This document shows, piece after piece, positions 9,212 to 18,845 of a stretch of DNA of 50,271 bases (its first letter is position 1; each line of letters begins with the position of its first letter). A program made the position numbers and the translations under genes. The notes below the pieces were generated by a model, which did no database searches, was not told where the DNA came from, and saw nothing but the letters and a program-made list of their open reading frames with translations. The DNA lies in IMG/VR virus record IMGVR_UViG_3300037467_000958, positions 1 to 50,271 of that record; one strand, given 5' to 3'. This DNA is from a virus (Duplodnaviria; Caudoviricetes).

Positions 9212-9264
9212 TCCGGGCAAAGCCCGTTCAATAAATTTAAACCAAAATCTTAGGAGGAATCCCA

Positions 9265-9456
9265 ATGAACACGCAAGCAATCAAAGAGGCTATGAAAGAA
9301 CTCGAAAAAGCAACGGCTGCTGTAATCCGCTTCGAAAAGAAAGCCAATGAAAAACTGGCTGAACTGGAAGCTGCCCGCGAGTCCGCCCGCGCTGCTTTGG
9401 TCGCTCTCGTAAACGGCGAAACTCCGGTTGCAGAAACCGAAGCCGAGTCTGCGTAA
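9265..9456 (+). CDS. Small coiled-coil protein
   Basis: AGGAGG RBS; Ala/Glu/Lys-rich. Confidence 0.75.
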   Translation: MNTQAIKEAMKELEKATAAVIRFEKKANEKLAELEAARESARAALVALVNGETPVAETEAESA

Positions 9457-9461
9457 TAAAG

Positions 9462-9480
9462 AAGGGGGTTCGCCCCCTTT
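9462..9480 (+). terminator. Hairpin, probable terminator or processing site
   Basis: AAGGGGG-TTCG-CCCCCTT; short U tract. Confidence 0.55.
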
Positions 9481-9569
9481 GGATAGGGTCGTCCAGAGGC
9501 GGCGACGTCCGCGACAATAGCCGTTCGAGTCGGCTATTCGACTCTATCCAAAGCGGACGAACATCGGGG

Positions 9570-12434
9570 GTGACAGTTTTGTATAGCGGTGAGTTTTTCG
9601 AAGTTTTCTTTTCCGAACGAGGCCCATTCGAAGCAAATACACAGGGCGAAGCCGTTGTACTTTGTCCCTTCCCTCATGATAAAGGATATGAAACCCGCCC
9701 TTCAGCGCATGTAAATGTCACGAAAGGGCTTTTTCATTGTAAAACGTGCCGGGCTGAAGGACGATTTAACGACGGCGGACTATCCGAAACCGCTTTCGTA
9801 GCCGAGTTTTTCGATGTTTCCTACGATAAAGCCATTCAATTTATGGCAACTTTAGAGAAAGGAGACTCTAGCGAAAGCGAACTTTGGGAGAGAACTGAAG
9901 AAGGTTTGTGGGCTTACGCCGACGCCGTGCAATTTCTTCAGGAACAGCGCGGTTTAACCGAGGAAACGATCCGCAAGTATAGGCTCGGGTATCAGGGCGA
10001 CGGCATTACATACCCGATCTTCATCTATGGCGAACTTTGTGACGTTCGAACCTACTTGCCGAACGAAACCCCGAAAATGCGGTCGAAGAAAGGTTCCTCC
10101 CCGCTGCTGTTCCCCTTTGATGCGTGGAGGGTTGATCATAGACCAACGCTCCTATGTGCCGGAGAAAACGATACCCTACTTGCCCGGCAACACGGCTACA
10201 ACGCTCTTACGACAACCTCCGGGGAAGGGCAATTTCCAAAAATCTTTCTCAACCTCTTTCGGGATAAGGAAGTTTTCATTTGCTACGATTGCGACGACGC
10301 CGGGCGTAAAGGCTCACGTCGGGTAGCGTTCGCGCTTCAAGAGGCGGGTGCAAAAGTCCGGCTGGTCGATCTTCAGCTTGCCGGGACGAAAGAGGAAAAA
10401 GATGTAACCGACTTTTTCGTGAAACTGAAGAAAACGAAAGAGGACTTCGATGCGAGAATCGCAAGCGCGATCCTCTACGATTCCGAAATGGTTCTCGCAG
10501 ACAAGAACGAGTTTTTCCCTCTCGTCGATTTGTGGGACGTACCGGAAGGTCGCTATTACGGCAAGCGGGTTTCTTCTCGGGTTGTTCTTTCGGGTAAGTA
10601 CGACGCAGCGATGCACACGCCGACGGCTATCGAGTGGAAGTGCAACGGCGGGAACTTCGATGTAGAGAAAAAGTCGCCGTGTTGGTCGTGCCGATTGAAT
10701 CGGGAAGCAGAACCGAAACAGGGCTGGTGGATGCTGGACGACACGAACCTAAAAGACATGATGAAAATCGTCGATGTGACGGAAGAACAGCAGACGAAAA
10801 ACATCAATTCCATTTTGGGCCGCCCGGCCAAGTGCCCGAACGGTTCGTGGACGATCCGGGCAAGACAAGTCGTATATAAGGTGGTGTTCACGCCGGATGT
10901 TGAATCAGAATCCGCGTTGGACAGTTTCAGGGCAGTTGAACAGTATGCATACACCATTGGGCTCAACCTCGAAGATGGGAGTCGTTATCGTGCGTTCTTC
11001 AGGCCGTATGCTCACCCACTCGACGGACAACGGGTATTTATGGTTGTTGATCGAGTGGAAGACTCCGACAATGCAATCAATACGTTTCAAGTCACATCCG
11101 AAATCGTAGAGCAGCTAAAAATATTTCAGGGCGATCCCACGGAAATGATGAAACTCCGGGCTGAAATGGCAAAGGATATTATCGGCCCGTTCGCGCCGGA
11201 AATGGCGGTTTATGCGGTCGATTTAATGTACCATAGCCCAATGCGGTTCAAGTGGCGCGGTAAGGAAATGAAAGGCTATCCGGAAGGGTTGGTTATCGGC
11301 GACACCCGAACAGGCAAGTCAGATACCGCTATACATTTACAGAAATACTACGGTATCGGGAATTTTACTTCCGTTAAGCGAGCAACAACGGCGGGGCTGC
11401 TTGGAGGTGCAGATAAACTACCGAGCGGCGGCTTTAAGGTTACATGGGGAACGATCCCTCGGAACAACAAATCCCTTGTCGTGCTGGATGAAATGTCGGA
11501 TTGTGGACTGGACGTAATCGCGTCCCTCACCGATATGCGTTCTTCAGGCATCGCCACGGTGAACAAAATTGCCAAAGGCAAAGCCCCGGCCCATACTCGG
11601 CTGCTGTGGATTAGTAACCCACGGAAGGATAACAGCGGTCACAATATGTCGGTTGCCGACTACCCAACAGGCGTTAATATCGTGTCCGATCTCGTCGGCG
11701 CGACTGAAGATATTGCCCGGTTCGACTTCATTATGCTGATCCCCGAAGGGCGTATTATCTCTCCGAATGAGGAAGCACCGATTAAGGCACACGATGCGTT
11801 GCTTTACAAGCAACTCATATATTGGGTTTGGAGCCGGACGGCCGATCAAATCGTATGGGATAAAGGGGTGGAGGACTATGTTTGGCAAGTCAGCCAAGAA
11901 CTTAATGAAAAGTACAACACGGATATTAAGTTTTTTGGGGCTGAAGCGTGGAAGAAGTTGGCTCGTATTTCTGTCGCTGTGGCTGCTTGTTGTTTCTCTT
12001 GTGACGATAAAGGGAACGCCGTCGTGGTTAATAAATCTCACGTCGATTGGGCTTGTGGTTTCTTACGTTCATGCTATGACAACAGCGTTTTCCAGCTTGC
12101 CGAATACGTCCGAGATAAAAAAGTCTACAACGAAACGAACGGGCCAGTAAACGCCATCGTTGCCGGAATGTGCCGGAGCCATCCGAATGTGATCCGGCTG
12201 TTCCTTAGCACGACAGGTGCGGTTCCGAAGTACAATCTTCAGGCGGTTTCCGGGCTGGACAACAACGACATCAATGGCCTTATTTCAGACATGACGACCA
12301 ACTACCTCATTACCGTTGATTCGAACGGGTTCAAGGCTACGCGCAGACTGAAGAAAGCCGTTCAAGCGTACCGGGAAGAATACGGTCAATCGAAGATGAT
12401 CCCATTAAGCGAACAGGGAGGTTTGCCAGTGTGA
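9570..12434 (+). CDS. Primase-helicase: Zn-binding + TOPRIM domains fused to MCM-like AAA+ helicase
   Basis: CPFPHD..FHCKTC; AGENDTL, YDCDDAG, KDVTD; GDTRTGKS, TTAGLLGG, VVLDEM, ISNP, ARFD. Confidence 0.9.
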   Translation: MTVLYSGEFFEVFFSERGPFEANTQGEAVVLCPFPHDKGYETRPSAHVNVTKGLFHCKTCRAEGRFNDGGLSETAFVAEFFDVSYDKAIQFMATLEKGDSSESELWERTEEGLWAYADAVQFLQEQRGLTEETIRKYRLGYQGDGITYPIFIYGELCDVRTYLPNETPKMRSKKGSSPLLFPFDAWRVDHRPTLLCAGENDTLLARQHGYNALTTTSGEGQFPKIFLNLFRDKEVFICYDCDDAGRKGSRRVAFALQEAGAKVRLVDLQLAGTKEEKDVTDFFVKLKKTKEDFDARIASAILYDSEMVLADKNEFFPLVDLWDVPEGRYYGKRVSSRVVLSGKYDAAMHTPTAIEWKCNGGNFDVEKKSPCWSCRLNREAEPKQGWWMLDDTNLKDMMKIVDVTEEQQTKNINSILGRPAKCPNGSWTIRARQVVYKVVFTPDVESESALDSFRAVEQYAYTIGLNLEDGSRYRAFFRPYAHPLDGQRVFMVVDRVEDSDNAINTFQVTSEIVEQLKIFQGDPTEMMKLRAEMAKDIIGPFAPEMAVYAVDLMYHSPMRFKWRGKEMKGYPEGLVIGDTRTGKSDTAIHLQKYYGIGNFTSVKRATTAGLLGGADKLPSGGFKVTWGTIPRNNKSLVVLDEMSDCGLDVIASLTDMRSSGIATVNKIAKGKAPAHTRLLWISNPRKDNSGHNMSVADYPTGVNIVSDLVGATEDIARFDFIMLIPEGRIISPNEEAPIKAHDALLYKQLIYWVWSRTADQIVWDKGVEDYVWQVSQELNEKYNTDIKFFGAEAWKKLARISVAVAACCFSCDDKGNAVVVNKSHVDWACGFLRSCYDNSVFQLAEYVRDKKVYNETNGPVNAIVAGMCRSHPNVIRLFLSTTGAVPKYNLQAVSGLDNNDINGLISDMTTNYLITVDSNGFKATRRLKKAVQAYREEYGQSKMIPLSEQGGLPV

Positions 12435-14545
12435 ATTTAACAATCGGCGGGGCGACGTATTCTGTTGAGTATGTCGAGGATTTAAAATCTGTTCGGGTGA
12501 ATGGTGAACCGTGGTGTGTGTACGACGTGGAAACGGACGGCCTTCATATTAAGAAAGCACGTCCGTTTCTCGCTGCTTTGTTGTTGGGTAGCCGTGTGTT
12601 TGTGTTTCCGACGACGAAGGAAACTGCCAAGCAGCTACTTCCCATTATTAACGAAGTCGGAATGCTTTATAACCACAACATCAATTTTGACATGCACATG
12701 ACGGCCAACATCGCGGAAGATGACGAATGGCCTCTCCGCATCAAACGATACGGTGATACGATGGGGATGTGCCGTTTGACGTTCGAAGCCATCAGCGAAC
12801 GCGACGGCGGGGATTCCCTGAAACTGAAAGCCATCGGCAAGAAATACATCGATCCGAACGCCGGAGTACACGAAAAGCACGTAAAAAGATGGATTGACGA
12901 CAAAGAAAAAGCGGATCGGAAATTGCTCGTCGCTATGCTGCGGAATCTTGGCTGGACGATGAAGCGGTTCGAAACAGCCCTAAACGATGGATCGGAGCCG
13001 ATTCCGGAACATATTATGAATACGTTTCAGCTTTGGCGCACGACATACCCGAAGCCGGGGTATCAAGATGTTCCGATGGAGATCATGCTTCCTTACGTTG
13101 CAACGGATGTTTGTTTGGTCGATCAACTGGTGAGGAAAGCCCTTCCGGTTGTGGCTTACAAAAAGCAACAGCACATCATGGAACAGGAGTGGGACTTGTT
13201 ACCTCATGTCTATGAAATGGAACGGCAAGGTATTCCAGTTGACCGGGAGTATTTGATGGACGCCCGCGAAAAATTGGAAAATTACATCGAAGAATTGAAG
13301 AACGATATGCACGAATTAGCAGGCCGGGAGTTCAAAGTCGGTCAACATCAAGTCATCAAGGACATCTATGAAGAAAAACTCGGGGAACGCCCTGAATCGA
13401 CCGACAAAAAGTTTTTGAAATCGCAAGGCGAGGAAGATAAACTTGCCAAAACGATTACTACGCTTCGCCGTTTGGAAAAGTGGCTAAAAACATACATCGA
13501 CCGAATATTAACAGTATCCGAATACGACGGCAAATTCTACACGTCGATGAATCAATTCAACCCTGTGTCCGGCCGCTTCTCCGGAGACGCGCAACAATTC
13601 CCCAAAGACCCCATTTACACAAGGCTTGGCGACAAACTGAAGAAAGAAGAAAAGCCCATACCCGACGAAGAAATTCTGTATCACCCACGCCGGGCGTTCA
13701 AAATGCGCGGGTACTACCTTGATTTCAGCCAAGTCGAATTGCGGGTACAGGGCCACTACACCATGTATCTCGGGGGCGACGTTAATCTCTGCCGGGCGTA
13801 TATGCCGTTCAAGTGCGCTCATTTCGAAACCGGAGAAATTTACGACTATTCAACGGTTGAAGGTCGTGCCCGTTGGTCTGAAAAGAACGGCGATGCTTCA
13901 GCTTGGATCGTGCCGGAAACCGGAAAGCCGTGGGTTCCGACCGACGTTCACACCATGACTACGCTGAAAGCCCTTCGCATCATGGGGTACGTGCCTGAAG
14001 AAATGGACGCAAAAACGATTAAATGGTGGCGAAATAAGGGCAAAACGTTTAATTTTATGCGGAATTACGGCGGCGGCGATGCGATGGCAGCGGAAACGCT
14101 GGACATTACGCTCGATCAAGCAAAAGCCATGAACCGAGGCTATACCGATGCGTTCCCGAAGGTCGTCGATTATCAGAATATGGTGGTCAAGGCGATGCAC
14201 AAAAAGGGTTACGTCGAAAACATGTCCGGCCGTCGTTATTACCTTTCCGAGCATTGGAAGTTTTACAAGGTCGCCAACTATCTGATTCAAGGCTCCTGTG
14301 CCGATGATCTGAAGAAGAAAATGGTTCAGATCGCTCGGTTTATCAAGGAAAATAAACTCAGTATGCGGATGGTTCTTTGCGTTCACGACGAAATACAGTT
14401 CATGGTCAACGATCCTGCCGAGGATTGGGCCATTTCACATATAAAAGCGATGATGGAAGATTGCCCGGACATCATGGTTCCGATTGTCGCAGAAGTCGAA
14501 TTTAGTGAATCCTACTGGTCGGAAAAGGAGAAGGTGCATGTATGA
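12431..14545 (+). CDS. polA: Family A DNA polymerase with 3'-5' exonuclease
   Basis: YDVETDG, HNINFD; DFSQVELR (motif A), R..GKTFNF..NYG (B), VHDE (C). Confidence 0.95.
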   Translation: MNLTIGGATYSVEYVEDLKSVRVNGEPWCVYDVETDGLHIKKARPFLAALLLGSRVFVFPTTKETAKQLLPIINEVGMLYNHNINFDMHMTANIAEDDEWPLRIKRYGDTMGMCRLTFEAISERDGGDSLKLKAIGKKYIDPNAGVHEKHVKRWIDDKEKADRKLLVAMLRNLGWTMKRFETALNDGSEPIPEHIMNTFQLWRTTYPKPGYQDVPMEIMLPYVATDVCLVDQLVRKALPVVAYKKQQHIMEQEWDLLPHVYEMERQGIPVDREYLMDAREKLENYIEELKNDMHELAGREFKVGQHQVIKDIYEEKLGERPESTDKKFLKSQGEEDKLAKTITTLRRLEKWLKTYIDRILTVSEYDGKFYTSMNQFNPVSGRFSGDAQQFPKDPIYTRLGDKLKKEEKPIPDEEILYHPRRAFKMRGYYLDFSQVELRVQGHYTMYLGGDVNLCRAYMPFKCAHFETGEIYDYSTVEGRARWSEKNGDASAWIVPETGKPWVPTDVHTMTTLKALRIMGYVPEEMDAKTIKWWRNKGKTFNFMRNYGGGDAMAAETLDITLDQAKAMNRGYTDAFPKVVDYQNMVVKAMHKKGYVENMSGRRYYLSEHWKFYKVANYLIQGSCADDLKKKMVQIARFIKENKLSMRMVLCVHDEIQFMVNDPAEDWAISHIKAMMEDCPDIMVPIVAEVEFSESYWSEKEKVHV

Positions 14546-14868
14546 ATTTCAGCGATTTTCAGAAAATGTCGATGCGAACGATCCCGAAACAAACGCCTCA
14601 CAAAGATTTACTCGCCAACTTTGCGCTCGGTATGATCGGGGAAGCTGCTGAAGTAACCGAGCCGATTAAGAAATTCGTTTATCACGGACATGATCTCGAC
14701 TTGCCGAACATCAAAAAGGAGATTGGCGATGTGCTATTCTATCTTGCGGGACTGGCAACGCTTACGGGGCTTGACCTCGGGGATATTGCGAAAGCCAACA
14801 TCGAGAAGTTGAAAGCCCGCTATCCGGACGGATTCGATTCGCTGAAAAGCGTGAATCGGGAGGCGTAA
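14542..14868 (+). CDS. mazG: MazG-like nucleotide pyrophosphohydrolase
   Basis: GEAAEV...KK...EIGDVLFY...N..KL..RYP. Confidence 0.9.
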   Translation: MNFSDFQKMSMRTIPKQTPHKDLLANFALGMIGEAAEVTEPIKKFVYHGHDLDLPNIKKEIGDVLFYLAGLATLTGLDLGDIAKANIEKLKARYPDGFDSLKSVNREA

Positions 14869-14870
14869 GC

Positions 14871-15251
14871 ATGAAAAGACTCGCGATTATTATCGTGCTA
14901 ATTCTTTTGACCGCATGTTCGGAAGCGGACACGGTTTCAAGTAACATTTCAAAGGCCGCAGACTCGTTTGAAGTGCAACGGAGAGTTGTCTTTTTCAATG
15001 GTATAACGGATAAATATTTGCTCGAAATTGAAGGGTTGTGTTCTCTTGGGAATAACGATGATCCGGGGGAATTGACTGTTACTTGTAAAGTAAGTCCGAC
15101 TGAATATAAGAAACATTTTCTTGGATTAAGTGACAACGTCAGTTATTTTGTAGAGCAAACCGACGCTGTTAATGCAGACCCATTTCATTATCGCGTACTG
15201 TTCCGTCCTGAATCCATCGTACCCGATATAGATTTGCAGACAAGCAAATAA
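14871..15251 (+). CDS. Lipoprotein (common phage family)
   Basis: Signal peptide with lipobox LTAC; ADSFEV.RR.VF.NGITD. Confidence 0.85.
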   Translation: MKRLAIIIVLILLTACSEADTVSSNISKAADSFEVQRRVVFFNGITDKYLLEIEGLCSLGNNDDPGELTVTCKVSPTEYKKHFLGLSDNVSYFVEQTDAVNADPFHYRVLFRPESIVPDIDLQTSK

Positions 15252-15276
15252 AAAGGACGCCTAAATAACGGCGTCC
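15250..15276 (-). terminator. Intrinsic terminator at convergence of lipoprotein and relaxase genes
   Basis: GGACGCC...GGCGTCC hairpin with A-run on the left (U-run on - strand). Confidence 0.7.
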
Positions 15277-15824
15277 AGCGGCTTCTTTTGGATGATGTTA
15301 AACCCTGTCGGGGGTTTAATCTTGTACTCATAATCAGACACGATCCAAAGCGTTTTCGCGTCGTGCTGTTTACGTATAAACGATTCTGCAAAGGCATCCA
15401 CTTTCTGCTGCATCCGTTTTTGGCTTATGACCGTGCGCTGTAACTCGATTAGGATTGCTTCGCCATCCAATCGAGTGTAAGCATCCGGACTGTACTCGTC
15501 GTTCACTTTCGGTTCGACTTCATATACCTTGGGCTGGCCGATCTGTATGTAGAGGTCGGCTATCCCGAGATAGTGCTGAATCTTAGGCGATTGCGGGTGA
15601 ATAACTGAAGGATTCGGCATGTAGAGGTACGGTCGATCCTTCACTTGCGGAATCGGCAGAACGTATCCATCCCTTGTCAGCCGCTTCATTACTCGGTTTA
15701 TGGTCAGTACCGGGCGGGCTACTTCAGGACAAGTCAGCGAAGCCAGTTGATCCCTTGACAAAACTCGGAAGTGTTTCAGAAGTTTCACGATCCTCTGATC
15801 CCTCTGCATCATCTTGGTTTCCAC
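15261..15824 (-). CDS. Replication-relaxation family protein (wHTH + PD-(D/E)XK)
   Basis: RD..I...L..FR.L.RDQL, H.L.IAD.Y, PDAY, IELQRT. Confidence 0.85.
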   Translation of the reverse strand: METKMMQRDQRIVKLLKHFRVLSRDQLASLTCPEVARPVLTINRVMKRLTRDGYVLPIPQVKDRPYLYMPNPSVIHPQSPKIQHYLGIADLYIQIGQPKVYEVEPKVNDEYSPDAYTRLDGEAILIELQRTVISQKRMQQKVDAFAESFIRKQHDAKTLWIVSDYEYKIKPPTGFNIIQKKPLDAVI

Positions 15825-16914
15825 TCTTTCTGTACTTATTCAGGATTGCGACGGACTGTTCAGCCGACATGTAGGGAACCTGAACCGTTTCCGGGAATCC
15901 GTCGAGAATAATCGCCCGGCCCTTAATCCGTCCAATATGCGCTGCATCCGGCAAGTCGAGAATGATCTTGGAATTCGTTTCATCTGCCGTAGCAAAACAT
16001 ATCCTCGATAACATGTTTGCCTTAGTTCGCGGTGCTAATACATCCTTGGCATCCGGTCGTTGGGAGGCGATAACTAAATGTATGTCAACATATCCGGCTG
16101 TCTCTGCTATTTCAGTGACCATCTCTTGAATAACATCGTCGTCCGCAAATCGGCCGTATTCATCGACGATTACAAAAAGCGGATTGACCTTTTCGTCGGG
16201 ATACCGTTCGCGCAACTCTTTGAGGTCAACGCAATCCCCCTTGGACTTCAGCAACGCCTTCCGTTCCGCCACTTGATTTTGCACATCAGCGAGGAATACC
16301 CGAGCCTCCCCACCCGTTTCGGCGGTCTTAACTTGCGGGAGATTTTTGAACGGGTAAAGGTCAGTTATCTTATTATCAATGAAGATGATTTCGATGTTAC
16401 CGTTCGTCACATCTATAAGATGGGTAGCCAAAAGCCGGAGGAATACCGACTTGCCCATCCGGGTTGCCCCGCCTACAAGAAGATGGCAACACGTTTCATC
16501 CCAGAAATCGAGCATCTTCAGCCCGAACGGAGTAAAAAGCGGAATCGAAAGTCCCTCTTTCGGAAGTTGGTCAGTATAGTTCATGCTTGAACTGAAAGGG
16601 GCGATGCCGAATTGAATCTCGAAAGTCGCACCGTAAAGCTGCTTGAACCGGACGTGTGTAGCGGTCGCCTGTTCCAACTCTTTCTTGTGCGCGGTTAAGT
16701 CCTCGTCGGTGATGCCGTAGGGTAGCGACACTTCCGCAACGACGGATTCTCCATCCCGGCGAACGTTCTTCAGATTCACGCCCTCGAAACATTTCATATT
16801 TTCGAAGTACGCATTGGCCGAGCGTTTGATTACCGCTGTCGGCGTAAGCCTTTTGGCCCCGAACACGGAACCCGCCATCATCGCGGCCCCGACAGTCATA
16901 AGAGACAAGATCAT
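15724..16914 (-). CDS. FtsK/SpoIIIE-family ATPase with N-terminal membrane anchor
   Basis: HLLVGGATRMGKS, VIVDEY, SQRPD, GRAI...VQVPY. Confidence 0.92.
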   Translation of the reverse strand: MILSLMTVGAAMMAGSVFGAKRLTPTAVIKRSANAYFENMKCFEGVNLKNVRRDGESVVAEVSLPYGITDEDLTAHKKELEQATATHVRFKQLYGATFEIQFGIAPFSSSMNYTDQLPKEGLSIPLFTPFGLKMLDFWDETCCHLLVGGATRMGKSVFLRLLATHLIDVTNGNIEIIFIDNKITDLYPFKNLPQVKTAETGGEARVFLADVQNQVAERKALLKSKGDCVDLKELRERYPDEKVNPLFVIVDEYGRFADDDVIQEMVTEIAETAGYVDIHLVIASQRPDAKDVLAPRTKANMLSRICFATADETNSKIILDLPDAAHIGRIKGRAIILDGFPETVQVPYMSAEQSVAILNKYRKSGNQDDAEGSEDRETSETLPSFVKGSTGFADLS

Positions 16915-16930
16915 GTAACTCCCTCCTTCA

Positions 16931-16964
16931 TTAATATGTTATGCGGATATATTATGTTACATTC
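16931..16964 (-). promoter_or_regulatory. Putative sporulation-sigma (SigE/SigK/SigG-like) promoter of the FtsK cassette
   Basis: - strand GAATG-N16-CATAACAT, plus overlapping CATATTA; no good SigA pair. Confidence 0.45.
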
Positions 16965-16989
16965 TGTCACATGAAAGGTGTGATATGGT

Positions 16990-17478
16990 ATGCGGGTACT
17001 ATGCTTTGATCCGTCAGGCAACTTTAGCGCTAATGAAGGGAAAGGCAGTTCTGGGTGGGCGTATTTCGAGGACGGACAACTGAAGGATTTCGGCAATATA
17101 AAAGCCGAAAAAGCGGAGAGTATTGAAAGGTATTGGCACGAACACGCTCGATTAATCGACCGATGGATGCCGAACAAAATTGTATGCGAGTCGTATAAGT
17201 TACAGCCCGGCAAGGCTATGGCACAATCGCACTCATCTTTAGAAACCAGTCAATTAATCGGCTATATTCGTATGACCGCTTGGGGGCATGACTACGGAGA
17301 AATATCATTCGTACTCCAAGACCCGGCTTGCAAAACCCGCGTAGCCGATCCGATTTTAGAGCGCATGGGCATCATCGAAAAACGAGGTAATCGTTACTAC
17401 TGCCAAGACAAACTCACGAATGACCATCAACGTGACGCAATACGCCACGGCGTATATTGGCATAAATATGGTAAATAA
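16990..17478 (+). CDS. RuvC-like Holliday junction resolvase
   Basis: LCFDPSG...SGWA, IVCESY, DHQRDAI.H. Confidence 0.75.
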   Translation: MRVLCFDPSGNFSANEGKGSSGWAYFEDGQLKDFGNIKAEKAESIERYWHEHARLIDRWMPNKIVCESYKLQPGKAMAQSHSSLETSQLIGYIRMTAWGHDYGEISFVLQDPACKTRVADPILERMGIIEKRGNRYYCQDKLTNDHQRDAIRHGVYWHKYGK

Positions 17479-17635
17479 GCCGCTGAAATTTTCGTCGCGC
17501 TACCCTAACGAAGTGGACACGAAAATTAAGGAATATGAAAAGCGGGGATACAAACTGAAGAACAGAGGGGTTTTCCGGAATGACCGGGGAGCCGCAGACC
17601 AAATTAAACATTGGGCGGTGATGATACGTGAGTAA
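17468..17635 (+). CDS. Hypothetical protein
   Basis: Start taken at ATG 17468; fills the gap between coupled genes. Confidence 0.55.
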   Translation: MVNKPLKFSSRYPNEVDTKIKEYEKRGYKLKNRGVFRNDRGAADQIKHWAVMIRE

Positions 17636-17822
17636 CCCGATATTGATCGAGATAGTGAAGATGTTCGAGGCACAGCAGGAGAAGGGCTTTAATAAGTACG
17701 GAGAGTATGTCAATATTGACAGTTATTCAATCATCGGATGGATTGAACACGCGCAACAGGAAATGATAGACGGACTCGTATACCTTGAATGTATCAAACA
17801 GAAATTAAAAACCCCCGATTAA
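17628..17822 (+). CDS. Small all-alpha NTP-pyrophosphatase-like protein
   Basis: KG..KYG...W..HAQQE..D..VYL. Confidence 0.65.
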   Translation: MSNPILIEIVKMFEAQQEKGFNKYGEYVNIDSYSIIGWIEHAQQEMIDGLVYLECIKQKLKTPD

Positions 17823-17836
17823 GCACCGGGGGTTTT
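17808..17836. terminator. Bidirectional terminator between the two genome arms
   Basis: AAAACCCCCG...CGGGGGTTTT. Confidence 0.85.
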
Positions 17837-18001
17837 ATTATGGTTTTTGATGATGCCGTACAGCGTTGTCGCTGCGGTAATTAAAAGTACGATACCTTCC
17901 ACAATCGTTTGCTGTGTGTCATCGTCGATGCTGATGTGGAAAACTCCCCCGGCGATCAAAGCGATAAGTGCAACGATAGGCGCGATTACGGTTTTACTCA
18001 T
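17819..18001 (-). CDS. Holin
   Basis: Two TM segments, KNH tail, directly after endolysin. Confidence 0.75.
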   Translation of the reverse strand: MSKTVIAPIVALIALIAGGVFHISIDDDTQQTIVEGIVLLITAATTLYGIIKNHNKTPGA

Positions 18002-18603
18002 TTTATCCCTCCTATTTTTCGTACTTCATCGGCAAGGCGATGGATTTCCTCTCTTGTTAGCGGGACGCCTCCGGCGTTGTGTATGTCGAGGTTCCAAGCC
18101 TGCCCAAGAATGGCGACAATCTTTTCAGCATCCTCTTTTTTCATTTCGGCATCATACTCCTTCAGCCCTTCGGATTGGATGATGGCGTTCAGTTTCTTTG
18201 CGTAGTCCGGATCGGTCGCATACCCGCATAAGTGAAGCGCGTCCGTCTGTTCTTCAGACGTTTTCGCTGAACGAACTCTAGCGTATCGGATCGCTTGGAA
18301 CAAGCGATCTTGATCCCGGTAGAAATCGTATATGGAATCGTAGGCTCGCCATACGGCGGTTGTCGTTATACGACGGCCGCCCACGACTTCCCACGTTGGT
18401 GTTGTGTAGGTCTTGCCCTTCCAAAACTCGTTCGGCGTTCCCCCGCCTACCTTAAATCCCCCAAGATTGTTATACTGGTTCAGGTTACAGCCTGTCTCCA
18501 AGATGTTCTGCGCGATCCGGACTGAAGGAAGAAGCGGAGAGCCTTCTTTCCTTGCCCGGATTGCGTGCGGCGCAACGGTTGCTATAAAGTCGGATCGGTT
18601 CAT
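17998..18603 (-). CDS. Endolysin, GH73 glucosaminidase
   Basis: IAQ.ILETG, NNL.G.K, YATDPDYA..L; start taken at ATG 18603 after GGAGGGAG. Confidence 0.9.
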   Translation of the reverse strand: MNRSDFIATVAPHAIRARKEGSPLLPSVRIAQNILETGCNLNQYNNLGGFKVGGGTPNEFWKGKTYTTPTWEVVGGRRITTTAVWRAYDSIYDFYRDQDRLFQAIRYARVRSAKTSEEQTDALHLCGYATDPDYAKKLNAIIQSEGLKEYDAEMKKEDAEKIVAILGQAWNLDIHNAGGVPLTREEIHRLADEVRKIGGIK

Positions 18604-18833
18604 CCTTGCTCCCTCCTTTGTTCCGTAACCCATTTTTTGATCGCCTTGACGTCGGACTGAAGATTGTCGAGTGCTTGAAGTCCCTTGGCTTGCATTTCAA
18701 TAACCGCGATGAATCGCTTTTCCCGCTCGTCATTCTTTTTAAGAACATATCGGATAATCCACCAAGTTCCGGCCGCTAATCCGACGAGTAAAACGTAGAA
18801 TGGGCTGTCCGACGCATTGATAAAAGGCTCCAC
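18600..18833 (-). CDS. BhlA/UviB-like holin
   Basis: One TM followed by YVLKKNDEREKR coiled coil, upstream of endolysin. Confidence 0.75.
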   Translation of the reverse strand: MEPFINASDSPFYVLLVGLAAGTWWIIRYVLKKNDEREKRFIAVIEMQAKGLQALDNLQSDVKAIKKWVTEQRREQG

Positions 18834-18845
18834 TGTTCGACCTCC

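Noticed and set aside
9481-9550. Canonical tRNA gene
   Set aside because: No anticodon arm and stem lengths do not fit; kept only as a tRNA-like finding
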